A DNA stretch of 64,000 nt from an uncultured Chloroflexia bacterium (GTDB lineage: Bacteria; Chloroflexota; Limnocylindria; Limnocylindrales; CSP1-4), in the NCBI GenBank assembly GCA_963823925.1, contig CAWGNI010000001.1, positions 19,608 through 83,607 on the forward strand, given 5' to 3'. Under the pieces are notes generated by a model. That model was not told the DNA's origin and made no database searches. It saw only the letters and a program-made list of their open reading frames with translations. This document shows, one piece after another, positions 1 through 9,148 of this stretch. Within the stretch, counting starts at the first letter, position 1, and every line of letters begins with the position of its first letter. The position numbers and the translations under genes were made by a program.

Positions 1-319
1 GCTTGATCGCCGGCGCATCCGACGGCATCACGATCACCGCCGGCACGCCGAACAGGCGGGCCGCCCGGGCGACCCCCTGGGCATGGTTGCCGGAGGAATA
101 CGTGATGACGCCGCGGAGCCGAGCCGCCGGGTCGAGTGCCGCGACCGCGACGTACGCGCCGCGCAACTTGAAGGCTCCGATCGGCTGGAGCGATTCAGCC
201 TTGAGCAACCGTCGTCGGTCCGGCGGCCCGAACCCGACCAACGGCGTTCGCGCCGCGACGCCGCGAAGCGTGACAGCGGCTTCGCGGATGGCCTCGATGG
301 TCACCAGTCCGTCGATCAT
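1..319 (-). CDS. Threonine ammonia-lyase / threonine dehydratase (PLP enzyme), first 106 codons; gene runs off the left edge
   Basis: Not in the ORF track because there is no stop in the window. Minus-strand translation from ATG 319-317 gives MIDGLVTIEAIREAAVTLRGVAARTPLV...LQPIGAFKLRGAYVAV...ITYSSGNHAQGVARAA. This contains the PLP-lysine motif FKxRGA and the SxGNHAQG motif of IlvA/TdcB-type enzymes. ATGA overlap with the stop of the upstream DksA-like gene. Confidence 0.8.
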   Translation of the reverse strand, partial: MIDGLVTIEAIREAAVTLRGVAARTPLVGFGPPDRRRLLKAESLQPIGAFKLRGAYVAVAALDPAARLRGVITYSSGNHAQGVARAARLFGVPAVIVMPSDAPAIK

Positions 320-657
320 CGGTCCCGAGCATCCAGTCGCTGGCAGTCGATGCACCGGGCCGCCCATGGGAGGGCATCGAGTCGCTCGTCGGGGATCGCC
401 TGACCGCAGCGGACGCAGCGGCCGTAGGAGCCCGCCTCGATCCGGGCCAGCGCTTCGTCGACCTGGACGAGTTGCTGCGCTGCACGATCGTGGAGGGCGA
501 GGTCCCGCTGCTGGGCGAAGACCTGGCTTGCCGCGGCGGCCTGCGAGCCGTACGTCATCTGCTCCGGCGCATCGATCAGTTCGCCGAGCTCCTCGACGAG
601 ACGAGCACGCTCGGCGACCAATGCGCTGCGGAGGGTGTCGATGTGGTCGGGTCCCAT
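316..657 (-). CDS. DksA/TraR-family C4 zinc-finger protein
   Basis: 113 aa. Helical N-terminal half followed by CVRCGQAIPDERLDALPWAARCIDC (CxxC-x17-CxxC), which is the DksA/TraR layout. Confidence 0.85.
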   Translation of the reverse strand: MGPDHIDTLRSALVAERARLVEELGELIDAPEQMTYGSQAAAASQVFAQQRDLALHDRAAQQLVQVDEALARIEAGSYGRCVRCGQAIPDERLDALPWAARCIDCQRLDARDR

Positions 658-678
658 GCCGGGATGGTACGCGTCGCG

Positions 679-695
679 TATACTCCATGGGAGTA
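679..695. promoter_or_regulatory. Operator candidate: inverted repeat TATACTCC-ATG-GGAGTA, identical 17-mer also at 43243-43259
   Basis: TACTCC / GGAGTA arms with a 3-nt spacer, ending 4 nt before the YHS-gene ATG. The same 17-mer sits on the copA start codon. It includes a TATACT -10-like hexamer. Confidence 0.55.
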
Positions 696-699
696 CTCA

Positions 700-894
700 A
701 TGAGGAGGTTCCCGGTGGCGATCGCGATCGATCCCGTATGCGGCATGGAAGTCGACACGGCCACGAGTCTGCTGTCGTACGAACACGACGGCACGACATA
801 CTGGTTCTGTGCGAAGGGCTGCTTGCTCGACTTCAAGGACGATCCACAGGCATTCCTGTCGCCCTCGGATCCGGCTCCCGCGTCTCCAGCCTGA
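700..894 (+). CDS. YHS-domain (TRASH-like) metal-binding protein
   Basis: Internal ATG of ORF 472..894. MRRFPVAIAIDPVCGMEVDTATSLLSYEHDGTTYWFCAKGCLLDFKDDP matches the DPVCGM...YxFCSxxC YHS pattern. GGGAG lies 7 nt upstream of the ATG. Confidence 0.8.
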   Translation: MRRFPVAIAIDPVCGMEVDTATSLLSYEHDGTTYWFCAKGCLLDFKDDPQAFLSPSDPAPASPA

Positions 895-1051
895 CAGCAC
901 CCGCCACTGCGCGGCCTCGAGCCGGATGGTCGCTTCCCGATAAGCCGCGGGTAAGCGTCGATCACGAGACTGGCATCGGCGGTCTGGGACCAGGCACTCG
1001 ACGGAGGGCCGGCGGCCGTCCGTAGGCGGCGATCGGCCGCGGAGGTGTGCT

Positions 1052-1147
1052 GTGCGTCAGATCCTCGATCGACTCGTCATCATCGTGACCCGGCTGGCCG
1101 TCGTCGGCATCGTCCTGGCCGGCTCGTCGGATGGCATGAAGTGGTAG
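1052..1147 (+). CDS. Candidate 31-aa hydrophobic micro-protein
   Basis: GTG preceded by GGAGG at 6-nt spacing. Translates to MRQILDRLVIIVTRLAVVGIVLAGSSDGMKW, one predicted TM helix, with G/C at nearly every codon third position. Too short to appear in the ORF track. Confidence 0.3.
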   Translation: MRQILDRLVIIVTRLAVVGIVLAGSSDGMKW

Positions 1148-1172
1148 GGCCGGATGCCGGCCTGCGCTGGGA

Positions 1173-1982
1173 TCAGGTCCTCGCGCCCGGGACGCTCGCG
1201 GGGTCGGCGGTCAGGCGCGAGGCCACGTAGACCGGGATGATCGAGGCGACCAGCACGAGCACCGCCGCGACGTTGACCAGCGGAAGCTGGTTCGGGCGGG
1301 AGTAGTTGCTGAAGATCCAGATCGGCAGGGTTTGGACGCCCGGCCCGGCGAGGAAGTTCGTCACGATGATCTCGTCGAATGACAGGGCAAAGGCCAGGAG
1401 GGCACCCGCGACCAGGGCGGTCCGGACGGCCGGGAACGTGACCCGGCGGAACGTCGTGAAGGTGTCGGCGCCGAGATCCGCGGAGGCTTCCTCGAAACTC
1501 CTGGATGTCCGACGCAGCCGGGCGACGGCGTTGTTGTACATGACCACGACGCAGAAGGTGGCGTGGCCGATGATGATCGTCGTGATCCCGAACTGGAAGC
1601 CGATCGTCCGGAACGCCTCGTTCAGGGCGAGGCCGGTGACGATGCCGGGCAGGGCCAGGGGCAGGATGACGATGAACGCCACCGACTCGCGCCCGAAGAA
1701 CCGGTAGCGGGAGACGGCGAACGCCAGGAGCGATCCAAGGATCAGCGCGATGACGGTCGCGCCGATCGCTGCCTGGATCGAGGTGCTCATCGCGTTACGG
1801 ATGCCCTGATCGCTGAATGCCTTGAGGTACCAATCGATCGTGTAGGACTGGATGGGCCAGGTCGCTACCTTCGCGGCATTGAACGAGTACAGGATGATGA
1901 TCCCGATCGGGACGTAGATGAAGCCGAGGATCACGACGGTCGCCACGCGCAGCGCGATCGTGACCCAGCGGGGCGTCGCCAT
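1173..1982 (-). CDS. ABC transporter permease (PotC-like, polyamine/opine-type importer)
   Basis: 269 aa, 6 TM segments, with an EAA-type loop (FEEASADLGADTFTTFRRVTFP). 1-nt TGATG overlap with the upstream permease gene. Confidence 0.9.
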   Translation of the reverse strand: MATPRWVTIALRVATVVILGFIYVPIGIIILYSFNAAKVATWPIQSYTIDWYLKAFSDQGIRNAMSTSIQAAIGATVIALILGSLLAFAVSRYRFFGRESVAFIVILPLALPGIVTGLALNEAFRTIGFQFGITTIIIGHATFCVVVMYNNAVARLRRTSRSFEEASADLGADTFTTFRRVTFPAVRTALVAGALLAFALSFDEIIVTNFLAGPGVQTLPIWIFSNYSRPNQLPLVNVAAVLVLVASIIPVYVASRLTADPASVPGART

Positions 1983-2881
1983 CAGAGGGCCTCGAAGGCG
2001 CCGAGACGCCGTGCGACGAACAGGAACAGCAGCATGATCGTGACCGGGACCATCGTGTAGGCCGCCGCGAGTGGCTGGTTGCCGGCGACCCCCACGAGGT
2101 CGTAGACGACGTTACCGATGAACTTCGTGTTCGACACGAGGGTCGGCGTGATGTAGTCGCCCATCGTCAGGCTGAAGGTGAAGATCGCGCCGGCCACGAT
2201 CGCGGGCAAGATCAACGGGAGGACCACCCGGCGGAACGTGATGCCCGCCTTGCCACCCAGGTCTGCGGATGCTTCGAACAACGAAACCGGGATCCGCTCC
2301 AGGCCAGCGTAGATCGGGATGATCATGTACGGCAGCCAGAGATAGCTCTCGACCAGCCAGACCGCTTCGATCCCGTACCCGGGGCCCTGCAGGCCGAAGG
2401 GGGCGAGGATCCAGTTGAGGACACCGTTCTCACTCAGGATGAGTCGCCAGGCATAGACCTTGACGAGATAGCCCGACCAGAGCGGGAGGAGGATCGAGAC
2501 GATCAGGAGCCCGCGAACGCGCGGCGTGGCGATGCGTGCCATGTAGAACGCGATCGGCAGGGCGACCACGATGCACGTCGCCGTCACGACGGCCGCCATG
2601 ATGACCGTCCGGATCGTGATCGTGTGATAGATCTCGCCGCTCAGGATCTTCTGGTAGTTGTCCAGGGTCGGTTCGGTGACGACGTTGCCGCTGAACGCAT
2701 CGACGGACCAGAACGAGGAGATGAGAAAGAGGGCCAACGAGCCGAGATAGGCGATGACGAGCCAGCCAAGCGGCGCTGCCAGGAGCGCCGCCAGCTGGGC
2801 CCGTGGACGACGGTAGAGCGCCGCCGCCAACCGCCGCGCCGGGCTGGTCGGTGGCGTCGCGGCGGCGCTCGTCGAGGTCAT
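1982..2881 (-). CDS. ABC transporter permease (PotB-like)
   Basis: 299 aa polytopic protein with EAA loop LFEASADLGGKAGITFRRVVLP. Confidence 0.9.
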   Translation of the reverse strand: MTSTSAAATPPTSPARRLAAALYRRPRAQLAALLAAPLGWLVIAYLGSLALFLISSFWSVDAFSGNVVTEPTLDNYQKILSGEIYHTITIRTVIMAAVVTATCIVVALPIAFYMARIATPRVRGLLIVSILLPLWSGYLVKVYAWRLILSENGVLNWILAPFGLQGPGYGIEAVWLVESYLWLPYMIIPIYAGLERIPVSLFEASADLGGKAGITFRRVVLPLILPAIVAGAIFTFSLTMGDYITPTLVSNTKFIGNVVYDLVGVAGNQPLAAAYTMVPVTIMLLFLFVARRLGAFEAL

Positions 2882-2908
2882 GTCGGCTGGAGCGGCGGAT
2901 CGCGACGG

Positions 2909-4147
2909 TTACCCGCCGGTGACCTCCGTCCAGGCTTGTGTCCAGGCATCGAAGTCGGTGCAGATATCGCCTCGTCCGTCGAGACAGGACACGGTCGGCG
3001 TGTTCCAGTAGTACACGTCGGCGAAGTAGTTCTCGTCATTGGCATGGAACGTTTCGCAGTGACCGGGGCTCTGGAGCTCCGCCTCGGCGCACGCCTGCTC
3101 GCTGACCGGCGCCTCACCGAAGTAGACCGTGACGTCCGCATTGGCCTTTGGCGAGATGATGTAGTCCATCCACTTGTACATGCAGTTCGGATGGGCGGCC
3201 TTGGACGAGATCATCCAGGTGTCGGACCACCCGGTCGCGCCTTCCTTCGGCTTGACGGCCGCCACGGACTTGCTGTCCGCTTCGAGGGTGTTGGCCTGGT
3301 ACTGCCAGGCCGTCCCGACCACCATGTCGCCGTTGGCGAATCCGTCGATCTCCTCCTGGGCGGTGCCCCAGTACTTGCCGATGAGGGTCTTCTGGGTCTT
3401 GAGCAGCGCGACCGCCGCGGCAAGCTGGTCCTTGTCGAGCGCATACGGGTTGGTGATGCCGAGGGCGGGCTGCGTCTTCATCAGGTAGAGGGCCGCATCC
3501 GCGATGTAGATGGCGTAGTTGTACGCCGTCACCTTGCCCTTGTACGGCGAGTCTGCTTCGAACACGACGCTCCAGCTATCGGGCGGCGTCGTCACGACCT
3601 GCGGGTTGTACATCAGGACGTTCGCACCGCGGCCGTGGGGAACGCCATAGGACACGCCATCGACCGTGTTGTACGGCTGGTTCTTGAGCCCTTCGAAGAC
3701 GTCCGCATAGTTCGGGATGAGACTCAGGTCGACCGGGGCGACATCGCCGCCGGCGATGAGTCGCAGGGTGGCATCACCCGATGCAGAGACGCCGTCGTAC
3801 TGGCCGGTCTTCATCAATTGGACCATGTTCCCGGAGTCGAGACCGACGGTGACGGTGACCTTGCACCCGGTCGCATCCTCGAACGGCGTGACCCAGTCAT
3901 AGCCTTCGACCTGCTCGCCGCCGGTCCCGCCGACGACGTAGCCGGCCCAGGCGACAAGGTTCAAGGCGCCCTCACCGTCACCGACGGTCGCCGCGCTTGG
4001 CGCCGCAGTCGTGGGCACGGCGGTGGTGCCCGCGGAGGGCGGCGTGCTCGCTGCCGCGGACGGCGCCGTGCTCGAGCTCGAGCTGGAACACGCGCCGACG
4101 ATGATCGCCGCGCCGGCCATGAGGGCCATCACTCTCCTGATCCGCAT
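2909..4147 (-). CDS. ABC transporter substrate-binding lipoprotein (PotD/PotF-like)
   Basis: Internal start of ORF 2909..4591. MRIRRVMALMAGAAIIVGACSSS carries a lipobox, GGAGGAGG lies just upstream, and the body is a solute-binding fold. Confidence 0.9.
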   Translation of the reverse strand: MRIRRVMALMAGAAIIVGACSSSSSSTAPSAAASTPPSAGTTAVPTTAAPSAATVGDGEGALNLVAWAGYVVGGTGGEQVEGYDWVTPFEDATGCKVTVTVGLDSGNMVQLMKTGQYDGVSASGDATLRLIAGGDVAPVDLSLIPNYADVFEGLKNQPYNTVDGVSYGVPHGRGANVLMYNPQVVTTPPDSWSVVFEADSPYKGKVTAYNYAIYIADAALYLMKTQPALGITNPYALDKDQLAAAVALLKTQKTLIGKYWGTAQEEIDGFANGDMVVGTAWQYQANTLEADSKSVAAVKPKEGATGWSDTWMISSKAAHPNCMYKWMDYIISPKANADVTVYFGEAPVSEQACAEAELQSPGHCETFHANDENYFADVYYWNTPTVSCLDGRGDICTDFDAWTQAWTEVTGG

Positions 4148-4163
4148 CCGATCCTCCTCCAAG

Positions 4164-5243
4164 TCACTCCACGTCCGCGACGGGGAGCTGATGCTGTCGC
4201 TTCCACACGAGGCGGACAGCCTTGCCTTGCTGTGCGAGCGCCTCGGTCGAGGACGTCGACAGGTTCTGCTGGGTGACGACAAGCTCGGCACCGGCATCGA
4301 GTGCGACGACGTAGCGCGTGTCCGAGCCGAGATAGACGACGTCCCGGATGACACCCGGAGCCGACGCCTCGTCGTCGTCCACGGCGACGTCAAGATCGGC
4401 GATGTGGATCTTTTCGGGCCGGATGGTGAACACGCCGGCGCTGCCGAGGATGCGCTCTGCGACCGCCCCGCCGAGCAGGTTCGAGGTGCCGACGAAGCCG
4501 GCCACGAACCGCGTGGCCGGTCGCTCGTAGACGTCTGCCGGAGCGCCGATCTGTTCGATCCGTCCGCGACTGAAGACGGCCAGACGGTCACTCATCGTGA
4601 GGGCTTCCTGCTGGTCATGGGTCACGTAGATGAAGGTGATCCCGACCTGCTGCTGGATGGCCTTCAACTCGATCTGCATCTCTTCCCGCAACTTGAGATC
4701 GAGCGCGCCGAGCGGTTCATCGAGGAGCAGGACCCGGGGACGATTGACGAGCGCACGGGCGAGCGCGACGCGCTGGCGTTGACCGCCCGACAGCTGGCTC
4801 GGCTTGCGTTCTTCGAACCCGACCAGGCGGACCATCCGAAGTGCCTCGTCGACCCGGGCGAGACGCTCGGTCTTGGAAACCTTTCGGACGACCAGGCCAT
4901 AGGCGACGTTGTCGGCGACCGACATGTGGGGGAACAGGGCGTAGTCCTGGAAGACGGTGTTCACGTCGCGATCGAACGGGGGGACGGACGTGACATCCGC
5001 GCCGTGCAGATAGATCCGTCCCGCGCTCGGGGCTTCGAACCCCGCGATCATCCGGAGCGTGGTCGTCTTGCCTGACCCCGACGGCCCAAGCATCGAGAAG
5101 AACTCACCGTCCCGCACATCGAGGTCGATGCCATCGACGGCCACGACGTCGCCGTAGCGCTTGATGACCGACTCGAGGCGGACGGCCACGCCCACGCCGT
5201 CCTGCCCGGAAGGACGATCGGGAGTGTCGGTCGGGAGCGCCAT
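4164..5243 (-). CDS. ABC transporter ATP-binding protein (PotA-like)
   Basis: Internal start of ORF 4164..5339. Walker [10 protein letters not shown], signature LSGGQRQR, Walker B LLLDEP, and a C-terminal TOBE-like tail. Confidence 0.9.
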   Translation of the reverse strand: MALPTDTPDRPSGQDGVGVAVRLESVIKRYGDVVAVDGIDLDVRDGEFFSMLGPSGSGKTTTLRMIAGFEAPSAGRIYLHGADVTSVPPFDRDVNTVFQDYALFPHMSVADNVAYGLVVRKVSKTERLARVDEALRMVRLVGFEERKPSQLSGGQRQRVALARALVNRPRVLLLDEPLGALDLKLREEMQIELKAIQQQVGITFIYVTHDQQEALTMSDRLAVFSRGRIEQIGAPADVYERPATRFVAGFVGTSNLLGGAVAERILGSAGVFTIRPEKIHIADLDVAVDDDEASAPGVIRDVVYLGSDTRYVVALDAGAELVVTQQNLSTSSTEALAQQGKAVRLVWKRQHQLPVADVE

Positions 5244-5384
5244 GCGGACCTCTGGGCTGGTCGTGCATCGACAGGCCGATCGTCCGCGCTGCGGGATCGG
5301 GTGCGCCGCACTGTGCCGTGTGCTCGGGCGGCATGTCAAGGCGCGGCGGTCCCCGTCCCGTGCGATGCGTCATAGACTTCGGAC

Positions 5385-5981
5385 GTGCCCCATCTCCGTC
5401 CGTCGTGGCTGCTCGCGGCCGCGCTGACCATGCTCGTCGTCGCTGGCTGCGCTGCCGACCAGCCCCCGGCCACCCCATCGATCGTCCCCGGTTCGTCCGG
5501 CGCGCCGCGAGAGGTCAACCTGATCGCCAGGGACTACTCGTTCCAGCCGCCCTCGCTCGACCTCGTCCCGGGCGAGACGATCCTCCTGCACGTGATCAAC
5601 GGCGGCCTGGAAGTCCATGAAGCCGTCCTCGGCAACGCGTCCGTCCAGGATGCCTGGGAGGTCGCGGAAGCGGCGACGGTCGGGTCCCCTCCGGGTCCGA
5701 CGCCGGTCGTCACGGTACCCGCGGACGTCGCCGGGGTGCGGGTCGTGGTCAAGTCCGGTCAACGGATGGATATCGTCTGGACGATACCCTCCGATGCCCC
5801 GTCCAGCCCGACGCCCTGGCTGGTCGGTTGCCACATCCCGGGTCACTGGGCGAAGGGCATGCAGATCCCGATCCACTGGGTGACGGGTCCGGCTGCCGGG
5901 CAGCCCGTTGGGTGGTACGCTCTTGGCCGCGCGCCGTCTCGGATCACGGCGTCGTCGACCCTCGAGGAGGACCCTGGATGA
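5385..5981 (+). CDS. Cupredoxin-fold lipoprotein (type-1 copper site candidate)
   Basis: GTG start, lipobox LVVAGC. Candidate ligand set is EVHEAV ... [11 protein letters not shown] (H...C-x3-H-x4-M), plastocyanin/azurin-like. Confidence 0.75.
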   Translation: MPHLRPSWLLAAALTMLVVAGCAADQPPATPSIVPGSSGAPREVNLIARDYSFQPPSLDLVPGETILLHVINGGLEVHEAVLGNASVQDAWEVAEAATVGSPPGPTPVVTVPADVAGVRVVVKSGQRMDIVWTIPSDAPSSPTPWLVGCHIPGHWAKGMQIPIHWVTGPAAGQPVGWYALGRAPSRITASSTLEEDPG

Positions 5982-6265
5982 CCTATGTGATCGCCGAGCC
6001 GTGCATCGACGTGATCGACACGGCGTGCGTGTCTGTCTGCCCGGTCGACTGCATCCACTTTGACGAGGGCACGGATCGCAAGCTGTTCATCGATCCGAAC
6101 GAATGCATCGACTGCGGGGCGTGCGAGCCGGAGTGTCCGGTGAACGCCATCTTCCCCGAGGAATCGCTCCCGACCGAGTGGGCGAACTACACGGTGATCG
6201 ACGCGCTCTGGTTCACTGACAAGGCGGCTGCTCGGACCGCCGTCGACGAGCTGAAGCCGCGCTGA
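5978..6265 (+). CDS. fdxA: Ferredoxin, 7Fe FdxA-type (3Fe-4S + 4Fe-4S)
   Basis: [27 protein letters not shown]...[20 protein letters not shown] overlap with the cupredoxin gene. Confidence 0.9.
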   Translation: MTYVIAEPCIDVIDTACVSVCPVDCIHFDEGTDRKLFIDPNECIDCGACEPECPVNAIFPEESLPTEWANYTVIDALWFTDKAAARTAVDELKPR

Positions 6266-6338
6266 CCGGGGCCGCAGCCGCGCGGCCGATCCGCGGCGTC
6301 TCGGGTCGACCGGCCGGTCGCTGACTGCGCGGCCGAGC

Positions 6339-7268
6339 ATGCGCATCGTCTCGCTCCTGCCCTCCGCCACGGAGATCGTGTGCGCCCTCGGTCTGGCTGA
6401 CGAACTGGTCGGGATCACCCACGAGTGCGACTTTCCGGCGGATGTCGCAGGCAAGCCGGTGATGACCCACGCGATCCAGGATCCCGCCGGGCTGACGTCG
6501 CGGGAGATCCATCAACTCGTCAGTGCCTCGGTCCACGGTGGTTCGTCGCTCTACGCGCTCGATGAGGCGGCGCTGCGGGCTGCCGAACCGGACCTGATCA
6601 TCACCCAGGAACTCTGCCGGGTCTGCGCCGTGAGCTATCGCGAGGTCAACGACGTCGCTCGAGCCATCGACACCGACATCACCGTCGTCTCGTTGGAGCC
6701 GACCTCGATCGAAGGCATCTTCAATACCATCGCCACGGTGGGCGCGATGACCGAAGCCGAGGATGCGGCGGTCGACCTCGTCGAATCGTTGCGTGAGCGT
6801 CTGAGTGCGGTCGAATCGAAGGTCCAGGCGCGACGCGATGCGGGTGGACGATCGCCCAGGGTCGTCGGTCTCGAGTGGCTCGATCCGCCCTTCGCGTCCG
6901 GTCATTGGGTGCCCGAGCAGATCCGACGGGCGGGTGGCTGGGAGCTCCTGGGCTCGGACGGTGACGTCTCCCGGCAGACCACCTGGGACGCGGTCGCCGA
7001 GGTGGACCCGGAGATGCTCATGCTGCTTCCGTGCGGCTATCACCTCGCCGAGACGCAGGCTGCGTGGGCCAGGACTCGGCGGCCGGCGGGCTACGGCGAG
7101 ATGACGGCCGTGCGGCGTGGGCAGGTCTTCGCCCTGGACGGATCGGCGTATTTCAGCCGACCCGGACCCAGGATCGTCGACGGGATCGAACTCCTCGCCG
7201 AGATCTTCGATCCGGGCGCATTCGTCGACATCGCGCCGCCGGGATCCTGGGCGCCGGTCGAGCGATGA
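6339..7268 (+). CDS. Periplasmic-binding-protein-fold protein (BtuF/FhuD class) without signal peptide
   Basis: MRIVSLLPSATEIVCALGLADELVGITHECDFP is the typical N-terminus of cobalamin/Fe-siderophore binding proteins. 309 aa. Confidence 0.8.
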   Translation: MRIVSLLPSATEIVCALGLADELVGITHECDFPADVAGKPVMTHAIQDPAGLTSREIHQLVSASVHGGSSLYALDEAALRAAEPDLIITQELCRVCAVSYREVNDVARAIDTDITVVSLEPTSIEGIFNTIATVGAMTEAEDAAVDLVESLRERLSAVESKVQARRDAGGRSPRVVGLEWLDPPFASGHWVPEQIRRAGGWELLGSDGDVSRQTTWDAVAEVDPEMLMLLPCGYHLAETQAAWARTRRPAGYGEMTAVRRGQVFALDGSAYFSRPGPRIVDGIELLAEIFDPGAFVDIAPPGSWAPVER

Positions 7269-8191
7269 CCGACGCGGGTCGCGGACTGATGCCGTTCCAT
7301 CCGACCTTCGCCTGCCTCTGGTGCGGCGCCCGGCATACCTGTCGCGGGGCCGACGACCTCGAGGGGTGGGCCCAGCTCTGCCCCGATTGCGTGGGCAAGG
7401 CCGGCGACAACGGCTTCCTGCGGTTCCGCCTCCACCAGGCCCTGACCGACCGGGCGGCCGCGAATGCCGGATCGACGCCGACCAGGCCGACGGACCCGAC
7501 CCCGCCTGGACGGGATGCGGAGATGCTCGCCTACTACGAGGCACGCGCTTCCGAGTACGACGACTGGTACCTGCGCCGAGGCCGGTATGCGCGCGGGCCG
7601 ATCCACGACACCGCCTGGAACGCGGAGCTGGACCTCGCCGGCCGCTGGCTCGACGCGGTGCCGCTGCAGGGCGAGATCGTGGAGCTTGCCGCCGGGACGG
7701 GCTGGTGGTCGCCGCTCCTCGCCGCCAAGGGAGACCTGTCGATCTACGACGGCACCTCCGGGCCGCTCGACATCGCCCGGGAACGACTCATCGCCCACCG
7801 CCTCCGTGCGCATATCCACGTCCGCGACGCGTGGGCCGAGCCGGACCGCGCGGTCGACGGCCTGTTCACGGGGTTCTGGCTGAGCCACATCCCCAGGACT
7901 CGCCTCGGTCCGTTCCTGGAACTTGCCCGACGCTGGCTCAAGCCCGGCGGCGTGTTCGCGTTCATCGACTCACTGCCCGACCCGCAGTCGAGCGCGATCG
8001 ACCACCCGGCTCCGGCCGATGACCTGTCGGTCCGTCGCCTGGGCGATGGGCGCGAGTTCACGATCGTCAAGGTGTTCCATGAACCATCGGCCCTCGAGGT
8101 GGCCCTCGCCGACGCCGGGTTCCGCGATGCCGGCGTCACGACCACGGGACGGTTCTTCCTGACTGGGTCGGCGGTCGCCGGCCCCGGGTAG
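7265..8191 (+). CDS. Class I SAM-dependent methyltransferase with N-terminal Cys4 zinc ribbon
   Basis: Internal ATG of ORF 7031..8191, with ATGA overlap to the upstream gene. CLWCGARHTC...CPDC is followed by motif I VELAAGTGWW. Confidence 0.8.
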   Translation: MTDAGRGLMPFHPTFACLWCGARHTCRGADDLEGWAQLCPDCVGKAGDNGFLRFRLHQALTDRAAANAGSTPTRPTDPTPPGRDAEMLAYYEARASEYDDWYLRRGRYARGPIHDTAWNAELDLAGRWLDAVPLQGEIVELAAGTGWWSPLLAAKGDLSIYDGTSGPLDIARERLIAHRLRAHIHVRDAWAEPDRAVDGLFTGFWLSHIPRTRLGPFLELARRWLKPGGVFAFIDSLPDPQSSAIDHPAPADDLSVRRLGDGREFTIVKVFHEPSALEVALADAGFRDAGVTTTGRFFLTGSAVAGPG

Positions 8192-8237
8192 TCGGACCAC
8201 CCCGGTCCCGGCGGCGCCCGCCGGTATACTCGGCCCG

Positions 8238-9132
8238 ATGTCACCGCTGTCAAGATCACGGATCGCGACGGTCGGCTCCGGCGTGATGGCGGAGGCGATG
8301 ATCGCCGGCATCCTGCGTGGCGGTCTCGTCGAGCCGAGTCAGGTCGTCGCAAGCCATCCCCGCCAGGAGCGGCGCGAGCACCTCGAGCGGGAGTACGGGA
8401 TCCGGACCGTGCCTTCGAACGTGGAGGCGGTCGAGGGGGCCGACGTCGTCCTCCTCGGCATCAAGCCCCAGATGCTCGGCCGCGTCGGCCACGAGATCGG
8501 GCCACGACTCAAGCGCGGACAGCTCGTCCTCAGCGTCCTGGCCGGGCGCCACGACCGCCGCCCTGACCGGGCTGCTCGGACACGACCAGGTCGTCCGGAG
8601 CATGCCCAACACGCCGGCACGACTCGGCAAGGGGATGACCGTCTGGTACGCGACGCCGGAGACGACCGAACTCCAGCGCGCCCAGGCGGCGGCGCTTCTG
8701 GGCGCGCTCGGGCACCAGCTCGAGGTCGACGACGAGAAGATGGTCGCGATGGCGACAGCGGTGTCGGGGACCGGCCCCACCTACGTCTTCCTGGTCATGG
8801 AGGCGCTCATCGATGCCGCGGTCCATCTGGGGTTCCCCCGGCACATCGCCCACGACCTCGTGATCGAGACGCTCGAAGGCTCGACCGTCTTCGCCAAGCA
8901 GTCCGGGATGCACCCGGCGGAACTGCGCAACATGGTCACGTCGCCCGGTGGGACGTCCGCCGCGGCCCTCCACGAACTGGAATCCGGACGACTTCGGACC
9001 GTCCTGTCCGAGGCGGTCTGGGCCGCCTATCAGCGCACCGTGGAGCTCGGGGACCAGCTCGAGGCGTCGGTCGGACCACCGCCCGCCGGCAAGCGCACTG
9101 GTCCTTCGTCGAACCGCAGGGTGTCGCGTTGA
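8238..9132 (+). pseudogene. proC: Pyrroline-5-carboxylate reductase, frame-disrupted (one extra base near 8547; may be a sequence error)
   Basis: N-terminal part is in ORF 8238..9149 (IATVGSGVMAEAMIAG...LVLSVLAG). The rest is in ORF 8317..9132 (ATTAALTGLLGHDQVVRSMPNTPA...TSPGGTSAAAL). They join at gcc ggg [c] gcc acg. Confidence 0.85.
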
Positions 9133-9148
9133 GGCTGGCCACCTTCTG

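Noticed and set aside
3-1025. 340-aa plus-strand ORF at the left edge
   Set aside because: It runs antisense through the threonine dehydratase and DksA-like genes and out of frame with the YHS gene. It is Arg/Pro/Gly/Ser-rich junk.
2624-4276. 550-aa plus-strand ORF across the ABC importer locus
   Set aside because: It is antisense to the substrate-binding and permease genes, which have clear motifs, a lipobox and a Shine-Dalgarno. The product is R/G/D/V-rich low-complexity sequence.
8544-8548. Programmed ribosomal frameshifting as an explanation for the frame breaks (proC site taken as the example)
   Set aside because: The sites share no slippery heptamer or downstream structure. They occur in unrelated genes and on both strands, up to seven times in one gene, and nearly all need the same +1 base correction. 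That fits indel error or mutation, not recoding.
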